Positions 12,038-21,823 of a stretch of DNA of 64,000 bases are shown here, piece by piece. The stretch comes from Nannocystales bacterium. GTDB lineage: Bacteria; Myxococcota_A; Polyangia; Nannocystales; Nannocystaceae. The notes under the pieces are model-generated. The model had not been told where the DNA came from. It saw only the letters and a program-made list of their open reading frames with translations, and did no database searches. Every line of letters starts with the position of its first letter. The first letter of the stretch is position 1. The stretch covers positions 96,001 to 160,000 of the forward strand of contig JBOEGF010000043.1 in NCBI GenBank assembly GCA_050633305.1. Reading direction: 5' to 3'. Both the position numbers and the translations under genes were made by a program.

Positions 12038-12141
12038 AGAAACTGGCATTGCGCGGCGTCGGACTCGGCGGCTGTGGCGAAGCGCCGGCAGGGTGCAGGA
12101 CGCCGTGGACATCGCCGACTCGCCGATGGTAGGGCGGAAGC

Positions 12142-13938
12142 GTGTCCTCGAAGGGCCCCCCCGCCTGGCTGTATCTGCTGCTGGCCACCGCCGCAGTGAT
12201 CGGGGCGTGGATTCTCGCGTGGGAAGGCCCAACACGCCGTCGCCCGGGGGAGGAGACGCGGTCGCCGAGGGAGGACACCACGACATCTCAGGCGCCCAAG
12301 CGCTCAGGCGGCTGGGCGCCACGACCGCTGCCCGCCGAGCGCGCTCCGACGCCGCTGGGCTGCACCCCCCAAGAGGACACCATCTGCGTTCGCGGGGACG
12401 CGTGGTGGATCGACAGCTGTGGCAACCCACATGAGAAGGCGGAGGAGTGCGGCGTCACGCGTTGTGAAGACGGGGCCTGCGTAGGTCCGGACCTCGCCTG
12501 TGCACAGATCGGGGGCGGTCGATGTGAAGGCGGCGTGGCTGTAGGCTGCGCTGCTGGGCGTCTGTATCGAAGAGACTGCGCCGAGGTGGGGCGGCAGTGC
12601 GTGCTCACCGAAGAGGGGCCCGCCTGTGGTCCGGCGGAAGGGACGCCCTGTGTTCTCGGGGTACCCCCACGGTGCGACGGTGACACGCTTGTCTCCTGCG
12701 CGGACGGGCTGCAGCAGCGGCTCGACTGCGCATCGGTCGGTGCGCGTTGCCAGCCACTACGCGGTGGCTGGGCGGACGCTTGTGTTCGTCCGAGCGCGCC
12801 TCCCCAGCGCTTGGGATGCTCGGCCTGCGGGTGCGAGCCGGACAATGAGGCGGACGAGCTGTGCAACGGTCGCGATGACGACGGAGATGGGTTCGTTGAC
12901 GAGGGCGCGGACTGTGGCGTGGTCGATCTTGTTGCGGTGGTGGTCGCGGACTCGGCGGGCAACACCGACTACACCGATGCCGACCTCACAACAGAGCTGG
13001 ACCGCATCAACGGATACTTCGCTCGCGACGACGACCTCGGGCTGTCGTTTCGCTGGGCGGACACGGTGTACCTCGATGCCGAGGCGTGGCTCGAGATCGA
13101 TGACAGCGAGCTCCAGGAGGTGCTGACCGGGAGCGCGCACGTCCGCCAGCGCGACAGCTTCTACATTCCGATCGTGTTCACGCGGGAGCTTCTCGTGGAT
13201 GAGGTCCCGCGTCCGGGATTGGCCACGCCGCCCAACGGGATCTGTGGAGGTGTTCGCCGCGTTCAGGGCCGTCAACCACTCGTCGGCGGGGTGATCATCG
13301 CCAAGCAGCGGTGGGAGAGCACCGTGGCCCATGAGATCGGGCACTACCTCGGGCTGTGCCATACCCACGCGCCCACGACGGATGCCGTCTCAGAGCTCGA
13401 TGAGCAAGGAGAGCCGTGCACCGAGCCCTGTGCGCTGCTCGGTGATGGAGTCTGCGATACGCCGCCCGATCCGGGCCCGGTGTCCTGCGAGGTTGTGGAG
13501 GGTTGTGGCCTGTCTTGTGAAGGCGGGGAGGCGGCCGATGCGACGAACGTCATGGCGTACTACCCGTCGTGCCGCACCCAGTTCACCCCCGAGCAGGCGG
13601 CGACCGTACGCGAGGGGCTCTCGTGGCGGCGCGGTTGGTACGCGTGCGTGTTTGAGCCGTGTCCGTGCCGTCCCTCCGAAGGGGACTGCGCCGAAGGCAT
13701 GACGTGTTCGCCGTTCGACGCCGACGACGGGGGACAGCGTTGGCAGTGTCGGCTCGACGGACCTGCGCCTCCGGGAGCCCCGTGCGGGTCCGCTGATGCC
13801 TGCGATGGTGGGCTGTGCGTGCGCCAAGCAGACGGAGGCTCGACGTGCGCCCGGATGTGCAACGCCCGAACACCTGGCTGCGAGTGTGCGTCGCTTCCGG
13901 GCATCGCGCCTTCTTTGTGTGTCGACGACTTGGAGTGA
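12142..13938 (+). CDS. Membrane-anchored metzincin (M43/pappalysin-like) zinc metalloprotease with Cys-rich repeats
   Basis: HEIGHYLGLCHTH zinc motif, GDGVCDTPPD, NVM Met-turn, myxococcal ELCNGRDDDGDGFVDEG repeat, N-terminal TM helix. Confidence 0.85.
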   Translation: MSSKGPPAWLYLLLATAAVIGAWILAWEGPTRRRPGEETRSPREDTTTSQAPKRSGGWAPRPLPAERAPTPLGCTPQEDTICVRGDAWWIDSCGNPHEKAEECGVTRCEDGACVGPDLACAQIGGGRCEGGVAVGCAAGRLYRRDCAEVGRQCVLTEEGPACGPAEGTPCVLGVPPRCDGDTLVSCADGLQQRLDCASVGARCQPLRGGWADACVRPSAPPQRLGCSACGCEPDNEADELCNGRDDDGDGFVDEGADCGVVDLVAVVVADSAGNTDYTDADLTTELDRINGYFARDDDLGLSFRWADTVYLDAEAWLEIDDSELQEVLTGSAHVRQRDSFYIPIVFTRELLVDEVPRPGLATPPNGICGGVRRVQGRQPLVGGVIIAKQRWESTVAHEIGHYLGLCHTHAPTTDAVSELDEQGEPCTEPCALLGDGVCDTPPDPGPVSCEVVEGCGLSCEGGEAADATNVMAYYPSCRTQFTPEQAATVREGLSWRRGWYACVFEPCPCRPSEGDCAEGMTCSPFDADDGGQRWQCRLDGPAPPGAPCGSADACDGGLCVRQADGGSTCARMCNARTPGCECASLPGIAPSLCVDDLE

Positions 13939-13982
13939 GTGCCGACCTCCGACTCAGACGCGGCCGTCGGGGCGAAGGGCCC

Positions 13983-15344
13983 TCACTGCGACAGCAGGAC
14001 GTTGGCCGCGTAGGTGTCCTCGCCCTGGGCCGAGATGGTCACGATGTCGAGGGAACCGTTGCCATCGAGGTCGGTGATCTCGGTCTGCCAGGTGGGAATC
14101 GCTTGCCCCTCGATCCCGGTCGCCTCGGCGGTGATCTCGTACGAGACGCCTCCGCTGAAGCTCGGGCCGAGTCCGACGTTGACGATGGCGAGGTCGGTGC
14201 GACGCAGCCCGATGTCGGGGGTGCCGTCTCCGTCGAAGTCGGCGATCGCGTAGCCGGTGATCCGTTCGCCGGCTTCGATCACCGGTCCATCTTGCAGGCC
14301 GCCGCTGCCGTCCTGATTGAAGACGTGCAGGGTCGCGCCGTAGGTGTTGGACATCGGATCCCCGGTGCTCGTGAGCACCAGGTCTCCGCGACCGTCGGCG
14401 TCGACGTCCTCGATACGGGCCGAGGCGGGCGCGAGATCGCCTCCGAGTTCCAGGGTGGAACTCGATGCAAAGCTTCCTGCGTTGTTGGTGAACACGACGA
14501 CTTCGAGGCCGTTGTCTCCCTCTCGAACCACGAGCAGCTCGTCCATGCCATCGCCGGTGGTGTCGGTGGCCAGGACCGTCCAGGGTCCCGAGGGCGCCCC
14601 GGTTACGGCGGCGTCTTGGATTCCACCGCAATCCTGGGCGGTGCAGCTGTGGAGTTCGATGGTGTTCAGGGTCGAGGCGTCGGGTGCGAAGGCGAGGTCG
14701 GTGGAGCCGTCCCCGTCGAAGTCGCCGAACCACGGACCGGCCGGGGGCGACCCGGTGGGTTCGTAGAACCGACGAAGCTCCGAGCCCTGCATCCACCACA
14801 CATCGACCTGGACATCGCCGAGGGCACCGTAGGTTCCCTGCAGGAACACGTTGCGGACTTCGCTCGAGCGGGAGCCGGCCGGACGGGGGCGCGAGAGGGC
14901 AACTGGGCGACCGTTGGCCATGGGCTCACTTCCAAAGCTCAGCGCCACGCCGCCATCGAAGGTCCCGCTGTTGTTGGTGAACAGCACGGCTTCGTCAGCT
15001 TCGTCAGGGCCGGTCTCTTCGCTGCGGGCCAGCATGTCGACATCGCCGTCCCCGTCGAAGTCGCCGAAGGTGACCTCCGTTGAGGGGACCGGGACGAGGG
15101 CCTCGACCATGCACGCACCCTCGCCTTGCTGAACGACGCAGTTACCGGGGACGACTCCGGTGCTCGGGGTATCGGTGGACGATCCTGAGTCCGCGTCGGT
15201 GTCGGTGTCGCCTGCGGTTGTGCTCGTGGCGTCGTCGGTGGCCGAGGCCTCCCCAGTGCCACTGTCCTCGGCTGAGGCGTCGTCGCCACATCCCAGGGTG
15301 AGCCAAGGGCACAACAGCGCAGCGCATGCGAGCGGGCGGAGCAT
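13983..15344 (-). CDS. FG-GAP/VCBS repeat lipoprotein
   Basis: Lipobox TLGC, S/T/D linker, about 6 DxDGDGxxD repeats. Confidence 0.85.
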   Translation of the reverse strand: MLRPLACAALLCPWLTLGCGDDASAEDSGTGEASATDDATSTTAGDTDTDADSGSSTDTPSTGVVPGNCVVQQGEGACMVEALVPVPSTEVTFGDFDGDGDVDMLARSEETGPDEADEAVLFTNNSGTFDGGVALSFGSEPMANGRPVALSRPRPAGSRSSEVRNVFLQGTYGALGDVQVDVWWMQGSELRRFYEPTGSPPAGPWFGDFDGDGSTDLAFAPDASTLNTIELHSCTAQDCGGIQDAAVTGAPSGPWTVLATDTTGDGMDELLVVREGDNGLEVVVFTNNAGSFASSSTLELGGDLAPASARIEDVDADGRGDLVLTSTGDPMSNTYGATLHVFNQDGSGGLQDGPVIEAGERITGYAIADFDGDGTPDIGLRRTDLAIVNVGLGPSFSGGVSYEITAEATGIEGQAIPTWQTEITDLDGNGSLDIVTISAQGEDTYAANVLLSQ

Positions 15345-15398
15345 CGCGGGGACTGTAGCAGCCCGGCCCGTCGGTCGGGTTGCGATGCCGCGCTCTGC

Positions 15399-16136
15399 TC
15401 AGAACCAGACCGAGAAGCCGGCCTGTGCGGCGAGATTGATGAAATCGCCGTCTTTGGAGTAGTCCTCCTCGATGATGACGTCGCCGACCTCACTCCGGCC
15501 CTTGGTATGCGGCGCTGCGTAGTCGAAGGTCAGGGCCAGGTCGATGGAGAACGCGTCGATGAGGAAAATGTGCGCGCCTCCGCCGACGCCGACGATGGGG
15601 TGGATCTCACTGAAGCTGTAGAGTTGCTCGGGGTCCGTTTCGATGCGAGTCGAACCAGCGCTGCCCCCGAAGCCGAATCGGCCCTCGATGAAGGGCCGGG
15701 CTCGCTTGCCGGGCAGAAAGAGGTAGCGGAAGTACGGCACGAGCTGACCGCTGACGGCGGTCGTTCGGGACGGGACGGGCCCACCAGGACCACCGTCGTC
15801 TTCGTCTCCTTCCGTATCGAGGTTGAACGCAAAGCGGCCACCCACAATCGCATTCCCGCCCAGGAACACGTAGCCAAACCCAAGTGACCACACCGGGGGC
15901 ACGAGGAGTCGGTCCGCGCCCGTCGGCCGGCCAAAGCCAAACCCGAGCCGGTTGGTGTTCTCACCGTCACCGTCGGGGTTGAAGTGCGAGAACGAAAGCA
16001 CGTCGAGCTCGCCGTGGAAGCGGAACCGCTTGCCAGTGTTGGTGGGCTCGGCTGCGGATGCACCACTGCTCGCGAAGGCAACCGCCGCAGCGGCGAGCGC
16101 GGGAAGGGCCAGGGCACGAAGCGTTCCAGGGATCAT
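15399..16136 (-). CDS. Outer membrane beta-barrel protein
   Basis: Signal peptide, amphipathic beta strands, C-terminal GFSVWF BAM signal. Confidence 0.8.
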   Translation of the reverse strand: MIPGTLRALALPALAAAAVAFASSGASAAEPTNTGKRFRFHGELDVLSFSHFNPDGDGENTNRLGFGFGRPTGADRLLVPPVWSLGFGYVFLGGNAIVGGRFAFNLDTEGDEDDGGPGGPVPSRTTAVSGQLVPYFRYLFLPGKRARPFIEGRFGFGGSAGSTRIETDPEQLYSFSEIHPIVGVGGGAHIFLIDAFSIDLALTFDYAAPHTKGRSEVGDVIIEEDYSKDGDFINLAAQAGFSVWF

Positions 16137-16302
16137 GTCGCGACCCTACACCCACGTGCGCGTGGGTACGGCGCAGGGCTGTGCTCCGAGCCACAGTTCT
16201 CGGCCCGGACTGCGGGCCGTGTTGGATCCCTTGCTCGCTTTACAACCAGGTCGTGTGGGCGCGAGACTTGGTGCGCTCCGGTGGATGGAGCCAAGGAGCG
16301 CA

Positions 16303-17019
16303 ATGAGCGGGCTGCGGAACTTCGAAGAGATGTGGGATGCGTATCCCAACCCCGGTGGCACTGCGGCCGCAGCCAAGGCTGCGATCGGTGGAGGCGCGGA
16401 TCGGGACTGGATCCGCAACACGTGCGTGATTCGAATCAGCCGATCGTTCAACGCATCGGGCAACCCGATCCCCGACCGGCGCGACGATGGGCTGGCGACG
16501 GTGGTGGGCGCGGATGGACGGCACTACGCGCTGCGGGTGCACGAGTTCCGCCGATACTTGCAGCGAACCTACGGTGCCCCCGACTTGACGCATACCTACG
16601 CCGACGGTGAGGGCGGTCCGGTTCCCAACGCGTTCTTCGGAACGCGCGGCGTGGTGGTGTTTGACGTCGATATCTGGAGCGATGCGAGCGGCCACATCGA
16701 CCTGTGGAACCGCGATCGCTGCCGTCATGCGGCGTACTACGACGTCGCGGCCAAGGTGATGCTGTGGAAGGTCGACGAGGTTCGCACTGGTCCGCGCCTG
16801 GAAGGCTCGGTGGGGAGCCGCGGGGAGAACCGGCGCGATGACGTGTTGCTGGTGCAGACGTTGTTGGCGGAGCAAGGCGTGGACCCTGGCCCCATCGATG
16901 GGCTGATTGGGCGCAAGACGATTGCGGCGATCCGCGAGTTCCAGCGTGGGTTCATGCGCCGTGCGGACGGCCGGGTCGACCCCAACGGGCGTACGTTCCG
17001 CGAACTACTCGGACTCTGA
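16303..17019 (+). CDS. Tae4-like peptidoglycan amidase fused to a C-terminal peptidoglycan-binding domain
   Basis: NTCVIRISRSFN (catalytic Cys), RGVVVF, WSDASGHIDLWN (catalytic His). C-terminal DVLLVQTLL...DGLIGRKTIAAIREFQ...DGRVDPNGRT (PG_binding_1). AAGGAG RBS before ATG 16303. Confidence 0.82.
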   Translation: MSGLRNFEEMWDAYPNPGGTAAAAKAAIGGGADRDWIRNTCVIRISRSFNASGNPIPDRRDDGLATVVGADGRHYALRVHEFRRYLQRTYGAPDLTHTYADGEGGPVPNAFFGTRGVVVFDVDIWSDASGHIDLWNRDRCRHAAYYDVAAKVMLWKVDEVRTGPRLEGSVGSRGENRRDDVLLVQTLLAEQGVDPGPIDGLIGRKTIAAIREFQRGFMRRADGRVDPNGRTFRELLGL

Positions 17020-17901
17020 GGGTCGTTGCAGTTCGGGCTGGGCGTCCTGTGGTCTGTCGACTTCGGGAACCACGGTCATCGGCTGTCCGGAGCCGCCGTG
17101 CCGGTCGGCGATCAGCTCGGCGACGACGCTCACAGCGATCTCAGCGGGTGTGCGTCCCCCAAGTGCGAGTCCGATCGGTGCGCGGACCCGGGAGAGGTCG
17201 GGACGCGGGCGTCCGCGCTGTTCCTCCCGAGCCAAGACCCGTCGAAGTACGGCGTGGACCTTTCGCCGTGACCCGATCATACCCAGATAGCGGAACGGCC
17301 GTCGCAGCAGATGCGCGAGGGCTCGTTCGTCGCGGGCGTGGTCGTGCGTCATGATCAGCACGTAGTCGCGGTCGTCGAGATCCGGCACCGCGACTTCGAG
17401 TTCGTCCACGTCGTAGGCGCCCGTTTGCATGCCAACGAACGCCGGATGCTCGAGCAGCTCCTCGCGCTCGTCGAGCACAGTGAGACGGAAGTCGGCCGAG
17501 ACCGCAAGCGGTGCCAGGGACTGGGCTACGTGTCCGGCTCCGATCACCACCAGGCGGGGTTGCGGTTGCAAGTACTCCACAAAAACTTCCATCGCTCCGC
17601 CGCAGCACATCGCGAGGTCCCGCACCAGGTGGGCCTGGACTTGACTGGAGCGGCCCTCGCGTATCGAAGCCTCGCACGCGGCGACGACCTGCGCTTCGAT
17701 GGCGCCTCCGCCCACGGTTCCGACCAACGTGCCGTCCTCGTGCAGCAGCAGCTTTGCGCCGACGCGCTGCGGCGCGGATCCGCTGCGTCCGGTCACGGTG
17801 GCCAACGCGGCGCGCTGGCGACGACCCTCGAGCACGTCGACCACCTCGCGAGCCAGCAAGGCCGCCGAGATGTTGCCACGAAGGGGGCTGGGGGTGCTCA
17901 C
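17005..17901 (-). CDS. xdhC: XdhC/CoxI family molybdoenzyme maturation factor
   Basis: GSAPQRVGAK, GTVGGGAIE, MCCGG, GAGHVA, MTHDH, YLGMIGSRRK, PIGLALGGRTPAEIAVS. Confidence 0.9.
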   Translation of the reverse strand: MSTPSPLRGNISAALLAREVVDVLEGRRQRAALATVTGRSGSAPQRVGAKLLLHEDGTLVGTVGGGAIEAQVVAACEASIREGRSSQVQAHLVRDLAMCCGGAMEVFVEYLQPQPRLVVIGAGHVAQSLAPLAVSADFRLTVLDEREELLEHPAFVGMQTGAYDVDELEVAVPDLDDRDYVLIMTHDHARDERALAHLLRRPFRYLGMIGSRRKVHAVLRRVLAREEQRGRPRPDLSRVRAPIGLALGGRTPAEIAVSVVAELIADRHGGSGQPMTVVPEVDRPQDAQPELQRPSESE

Positions 17902-17944
17902 GCGCGGAGTCTACCCCGGTCTGTCGCCACTGGTACCCTTGGGC

Positions 17945-18439
17945 ATGCGCCTGCTCGCGCTCCTTCTTGCCGCGCTTGTTTCGGTGACTTGCACGTCCGA
18001 CGAAGACGCCGGCCTGTGCGAGGGCGTACCGAGCGAGATGGTCAGCCTGGCGGTGGCTTCACGGTTCGAGGATGCCCCGTTGGCGGACGGCGACTCGATG
18101 CCCGTCTTCGTGCCGCCGCAAGGAGGTATCGCGACCGAGTTCGATCTCAGCCTCGTCGGGGTCGGCCTGGACACGGTGGACGAGCTTCGCCTGCAGGTCG
18201 TCCGCGTCGTCGGCGGCGCGTCTGTTGCGGCGGTGAACTACTCAGGAGCGGGTCTGCCGCTGGAATGTGTTCAGGAGGGGGAGCTTCGGGTCCGCGCCGT
18301 GCCGGTCCCGTTCTCCGACGACCTCACGCTCGAAGGCCTCGGGGGGCTGGAGGTTCAGGTCGTGGGAACGCTGGTGCGGACGGACGGCGTTGAGGCCGAG
18401 TTCCGTGTGCAGGTGGTGCTGGACTCGGCGATGTACTGA
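17945..18439 (+). CDS. Hypothetical lipoprotein
   Basis: MRLLALLLAALVSVTC signal. PPQGG motif. Confidence 0.7.
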   Translation: MRLLALLLAALVSVTCTSDEDAGLCEGVPSEMVSLAVASRFEDAPLADGDSMPVFVPPQGGIATEFDLSLVGVGLDTVDELRLQVVRVVGGASVAAVNYSGAGLPLECVQEGELRVRAVPVPFSDDLTLEGLGGLEVQVVGTLVRTDGVEAEFRVQVVLDSAMY

Positions 18440-19494
18440 GCCAGACTTCGTGGCGCTCTCCAAGGCTGTGGCACGGGCGCAGCACCGTGCACCGCCTCGG
18501 TGAGCGCCTCGGCAAGGGCGCCTGGAGGCGACGCGTCGGCGCAAAGGATGCTCGCGGATGTGACGACCCCGGTGGAAGCCGTCGTGCCGACGATCGGGAC
18601 TCCGGCATCGAGGGCTCGGGTGACGGTGCTTGGGTGCGATTCGAGGGGGCTGAGACTGAGCACCACACCGACGCCATCGAGACCAGCGCCACGGTGGATC
18701 TGGATCCTGGGGTGGTGTTGGAGCGAGGAGGGCTCGCTGCACGGACCGGGGAGCACGCGGACCGTGACGTCCTCGAGAGCATCGAGGAGCTCGGGCAACG
18801 CGGTCGAGCCACAGCGCGCCAGAGGTGGGCCCGCGAAGAGGACGTCGCCACCGGGCGTCCCACGGCCGGTGAAGGGGGAGCGGGGAAGCTGAACCCGGGT
18901 CTTGCTCGGGCCCAGCCGCTGCCATGCGACCCGGCCACGCACGCACACGGCATCCGCTTGCCAGCGCTCGGCTCGTTGGCGTGCGTGGGCACGAAGCCGG
19001 GGCCGGTGGTTGCGGAGAAAGCTCGCCTGCGGATGTGCGGAGGCCAGCGCATCCAGTCCGTCCACCAGTGTGTCCAAGTCGGGCAGGTCTTCGACGAGCA
19101 GACACGTGGCTCCGGCTTGCCTGCCGTGCGCGAAGCTGCGGCGGGCCGCGAGACTGGGCGCGACGATGAGGCTCGGCGTGGGGCGGCGGGCGATGTGAAA
19201 CGCCGCGGTATGGTCGACGAGGGCACGCATGCGAACCCGGTTGCTCAAGGTCGCGGCGGTCTTGCCCCGAGCAACCCCCCGCACGAGGAGTTCGCTCGCG
19301 GTGAACCATCCGTGGGGGCGGGCGCCCGGAAGCCCGCGGCCGTCACGGCGCCGGACGAACCCGATGCGCCGCCCGAGCTTGGCGAGGGCCTGCGGGAGCA
19401 CCCATGGGGCGAACACCTCGACGGGCCTGGACGGTTGCAGAACCTCGAGAACGGGCCGCAGCCAGTCGTTGGGCTCGGGTGCGATGATGAACAC
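18355..19494 (-). CDS. Degenerate GT-B (family 4-like) glycosyltransferase-like protein
   Basis: VLFAG...RCG and SLSPLESHPSTVTRALDAGVPIVGT resemble the GT4 PS..E.F.....EA.A.G.P motif. Start uncertain; the frame is open to 19653. Confidence 0.55.
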   Translation of the reverse strand: MFIIAPEPNDWLRPVLEVLQPSRPVEVFAPWVLPQALAKLGRRIGFVRRRDGRGLPGARPHGWFTASELLVRGVARGKTAATLSNRVRMRALVDHTAAFHIARRPTPSLIVAPSLAARRSFAHGRQAGATCLLVEDLPDLDTLVDGLDALASAHPQASFLRNHRPRLRAHARQRAERWQADAVCVRGRVAWQRLGPSKTRVQLPRSPFTGRGTPGGDVLFAGPPLARCGSTALPELLDALEDVTVRVLPGPCSEPSSLQHHPRIQIHRGAGLDGVGVVLSLSPLESHPSTVTRALDAGVPIVGTTASTGVVTSASILCADASPPGALAEALTEAVHGAAPVPQPWRAPRSLAQYIAESSTTCTRNSASTPSVRTSVPTT

Positions 19495-19501
19495 CCGATG
19501 G

Positions 19502-20350
19502 TCAGCTCGCCGGGCGGCGTCGGCCACAGTCGTCCTCTTGGCAGGTGTCGCAGTTGCGCGTGGGACTGACGATGACCCGCTTTCGGTCGCGCCCGATCGT
19601 GACGAGTCCAGGGGCGTGCGCGGGGCCCCGGCGGGTGATCGTGGTGTGGGCAAAGCGCTGCCCGTCTTCGTGGGTGATCTGAGGTTCGGAGACTTCGACC
19701 GAGGCTTCCTCGACCCGCTCTGAGCCCTTGAGTGACAAGACGAGCCCTTCTGCGCTCATCCGGGTTTCGAGCCGCAGGACACCGCGCTGTGGAGCGAAGC
19801 GCAGATCGACGTAGGGCCACTTGACCGTCGCGTCGACGCGGCGGCGCGGAGGTGCGTTCGGGCCACGGTCGAGCACCAAGGTGTGGCCGTGTCGCTCGAC
19901 GATGGTGCAGTTCGATCGCAATGCGAGGTCGAACAAGGTGTCGCTCAAGGAGCAGATCCCACCACCGACGGCGGGGATGATGCAGCCGCCTTCGAAGTGC
20001 GCGCCCTCGACGTAGCCGCGGCTCTCTGTCAGGCGTCCGACCGTCCGCCAGAACGAGAATGGGCGCCCCGCTGAGATGCCGATGCCGTGGAGGGCGGTCG
20101 CGGCGAGGCCGAGGTTGTGCCACCTGCCTTCTTCAAGCTTCGGTCCGAACGACGATGCGCGTCGCGGGATGGTCCGGGCCGCGACGAGGTGGGGCGTTTG
20201 CCTGCTGGGGGCGCGATGCGGCTCCGGATACACGTTCGGACGGAGCGCCCAGCCGACGAGTCGGCGCGCGGCCAGTCCGGCGACGCGGACGGCGAAGTCC
20301 GCTCGCTCGAGCGTGGACCACGGACCGGACGACGACGGCGAGCGACGCAT
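19502..20350 (-). CDS. VanW family protein
   Basis: HNLGLAA, FSFWRTVG, RGYVEG, GGGICSLSDTLF, IVERHGH, DATV..PYVDLRF. C-terminal CDTCQEDDC. Confidence 0.85.
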   Translation of the reverse strand: MRRSPSSSGPWSTLERADFAVRVAGLAARRLVGWALRPNVYPEPHRAPSRQTPHLVAARTIPRRASSFGPKLEEGRWHNLGLAATALHGIGISAGRPFSFWRTVGRLTESRGYVEGAHFEGGCIIPAVGGGICSLSDTLFDLALRSNCTIVERHGHTLVLDRGPNAPPRRRVDATVKWPYVDLRFAPQRGVLRLETRMSAEGLVLSLKGSERVEEASVEVSEPQITHEDGQRFAHTTITRRGPAHAPGLVTIGRDRKRVIVSPTRNCDTCQEDDCGRRRPAS

Positions 20351-20492
20351 ACAGACCATTGACGCACGAGGAGCCCGATCGATTCCACCCACGAAAACGG
20401 GACGGTTGCATGCGTGCACCCGTCCCGTGATTCGGCCCCGGTTTCACCGAAACCCGGCCTTGGCTCTATGGCCAGCTCCTACTTTCTTGAAC

Positions 20493-21767
20493 CTATTTTT
20501 TGAACTGGGCCGACTCGGTGGAGTGCTCCATGGCCAGCGTGGAGCTCTTGCCCGCGGAGAGCGTGGTGGAGACGGTGTCGAAGTAGCCGGTGCCCACCTC
20601 ACGCTGGTGGCGGGTGGCTGTGTAGCCGTCGGCCTCGGAGGCAAACTCGGCGTCCTGCAGCTTGGCGTATGCGGACATGCCGCTCTGCGTGTACTCGCGG
20701 GCGAGCTCGAACATGCCGTAGTTGAGCTGGTGGAAGCCGGCCAGCGTCACAAACTGGAACTTGTAGCCCATGGCCCCGAGCTCGCGCTGGAACTTGGCGA
20801 TCGTGGCGTCGTCCAGGTTCTTTCGCCAGTTGAACGACGGCGAGCAGTTGTACGCAAGCATCTTGCCCGGGTGCTCGGACTGGATCGCTTCGGCGAACTT
20901 TTTTGCGTCCTCGAGGTCCGGGGTGGAGGTCTCACACCAGATCAGATCCGCGTACTTGGCGTAGACCTTGCCCCGGGAGATGGCCTGGTCGAGGCCGCCC
21001 TTGATGCGGTGGAAGCCCTCTGGGGTGCGCTCACCCGTGAGGAACTCGTGGTCCCGCTCGTCGACATCGGAGGTGAGCAGTCGGGCGCTGTCGGCATCGG
21101 TCCGAGCGATGACCAGGGATGGAACGCCCTCGACATCGGCGGCCAGGCGGGCAGCGGTCAGGGTCTTGACGAACTGCTGGATCGGGACGAGGACCTTGCC
21201 CCCGAGGTGACCGCACTTCTTCTCCGAGCTGAGCTGGTCCTCGAAGTGCACACCCGCAGCGCCCGCCTCGATCATCCACTTCATCAGCTCGAAGGCGTTG
21301 AGTGGACCGCCGAATCCGGCCTCGGCATCGGCGACGATCGGCGCGAACCAGTTGCGGCTGGTCTTGCCTTCGGCGGACTCGATCTGGTCGGCCCGAGTCA
21401 GCGCCTTGTTCACCCGACGCACGAGCTCGGGGACGGAGTGCGAAGGGTAGAGGCTCTGGTCGGGGTAGGTCTGGCCCGCCTGGTTGGCGTCGGCGGCGAC
21501 CTGCCAACCGCTCATGTAGATCGCCTTGAGTCCAGCGCGGACCTGCTGGACGGCCTGACCGCCGGAGAGCGCTCCGAGGCTGTTGACGTAGTCCTCGGTG
21601 TGCAGCAGGTCCCACAGTCGCTCGGCGCCCAGGCGCGCGAGGGTGTGCTCGACGGTGACGCTGCCACGCAACCGCTGCACGTCTTCGACCGAGTAGGGCC
21701 GCTCGATGCCGTTCCAGCGCTCGTCGTTGAAGTTGATGGCGGAGGTGGTCTTGGGAGTCATGGACAT
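20493..21767 (-). CDS. aceA: Isocitrate lyase
   Basis: KKCGH catalytic motif, [41 protein letters not shown]. Confidence 0.98.
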   Translation of the reverse strand: MSMTPKTTSAINFNDERWNGIERPYSVEDVQRLRGSVTVEHTLARLGAERLWDLLHTEDYVNSLGALSGGQAVQQVRAGLKAIYMSGWQVAADANQAGQTYPDQSLYPSHSVPELVRRVNKALTRADQIESAEGKTSRNWFAPIVADAEAGFGGPLNAFELMKWMIEAGAAGVHFEDQLSSEKKCGHLGGKVLVPIQQFVKTLTAARLAADVEGVPSLVIARTDADSARLLTSDVDERDHEFLTGERTPEGFHRIKGGLDQAISRGKVYAKYADLIWCETSTPDLEDAKKFAEAIQSEHPGKMLAYNCSPSFNWRKNLDDATIAKFQRELGAMGYKFQFVTLAGFHQLNYGMFELAREYTQSGMSAYAKLQDAEFASEADGYTATRHQREVGTGYFDTVSTTLSAGKSSTLAMEHSTESAQFKK

Positions 21768-21823
21768 CGTTGTCGTTCCTTCTCGGTCTCGGTCGGGTCT
21801 GGAGCTCTGGGCGGTCGCGGGGG

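Noticed and set aside
11558..12430. Long N-terminal extension of the AraC ORF
   Set aside because: Overlaps the DUF4345-like and protease genes on the other strand. AraC similarity begins near 11557.
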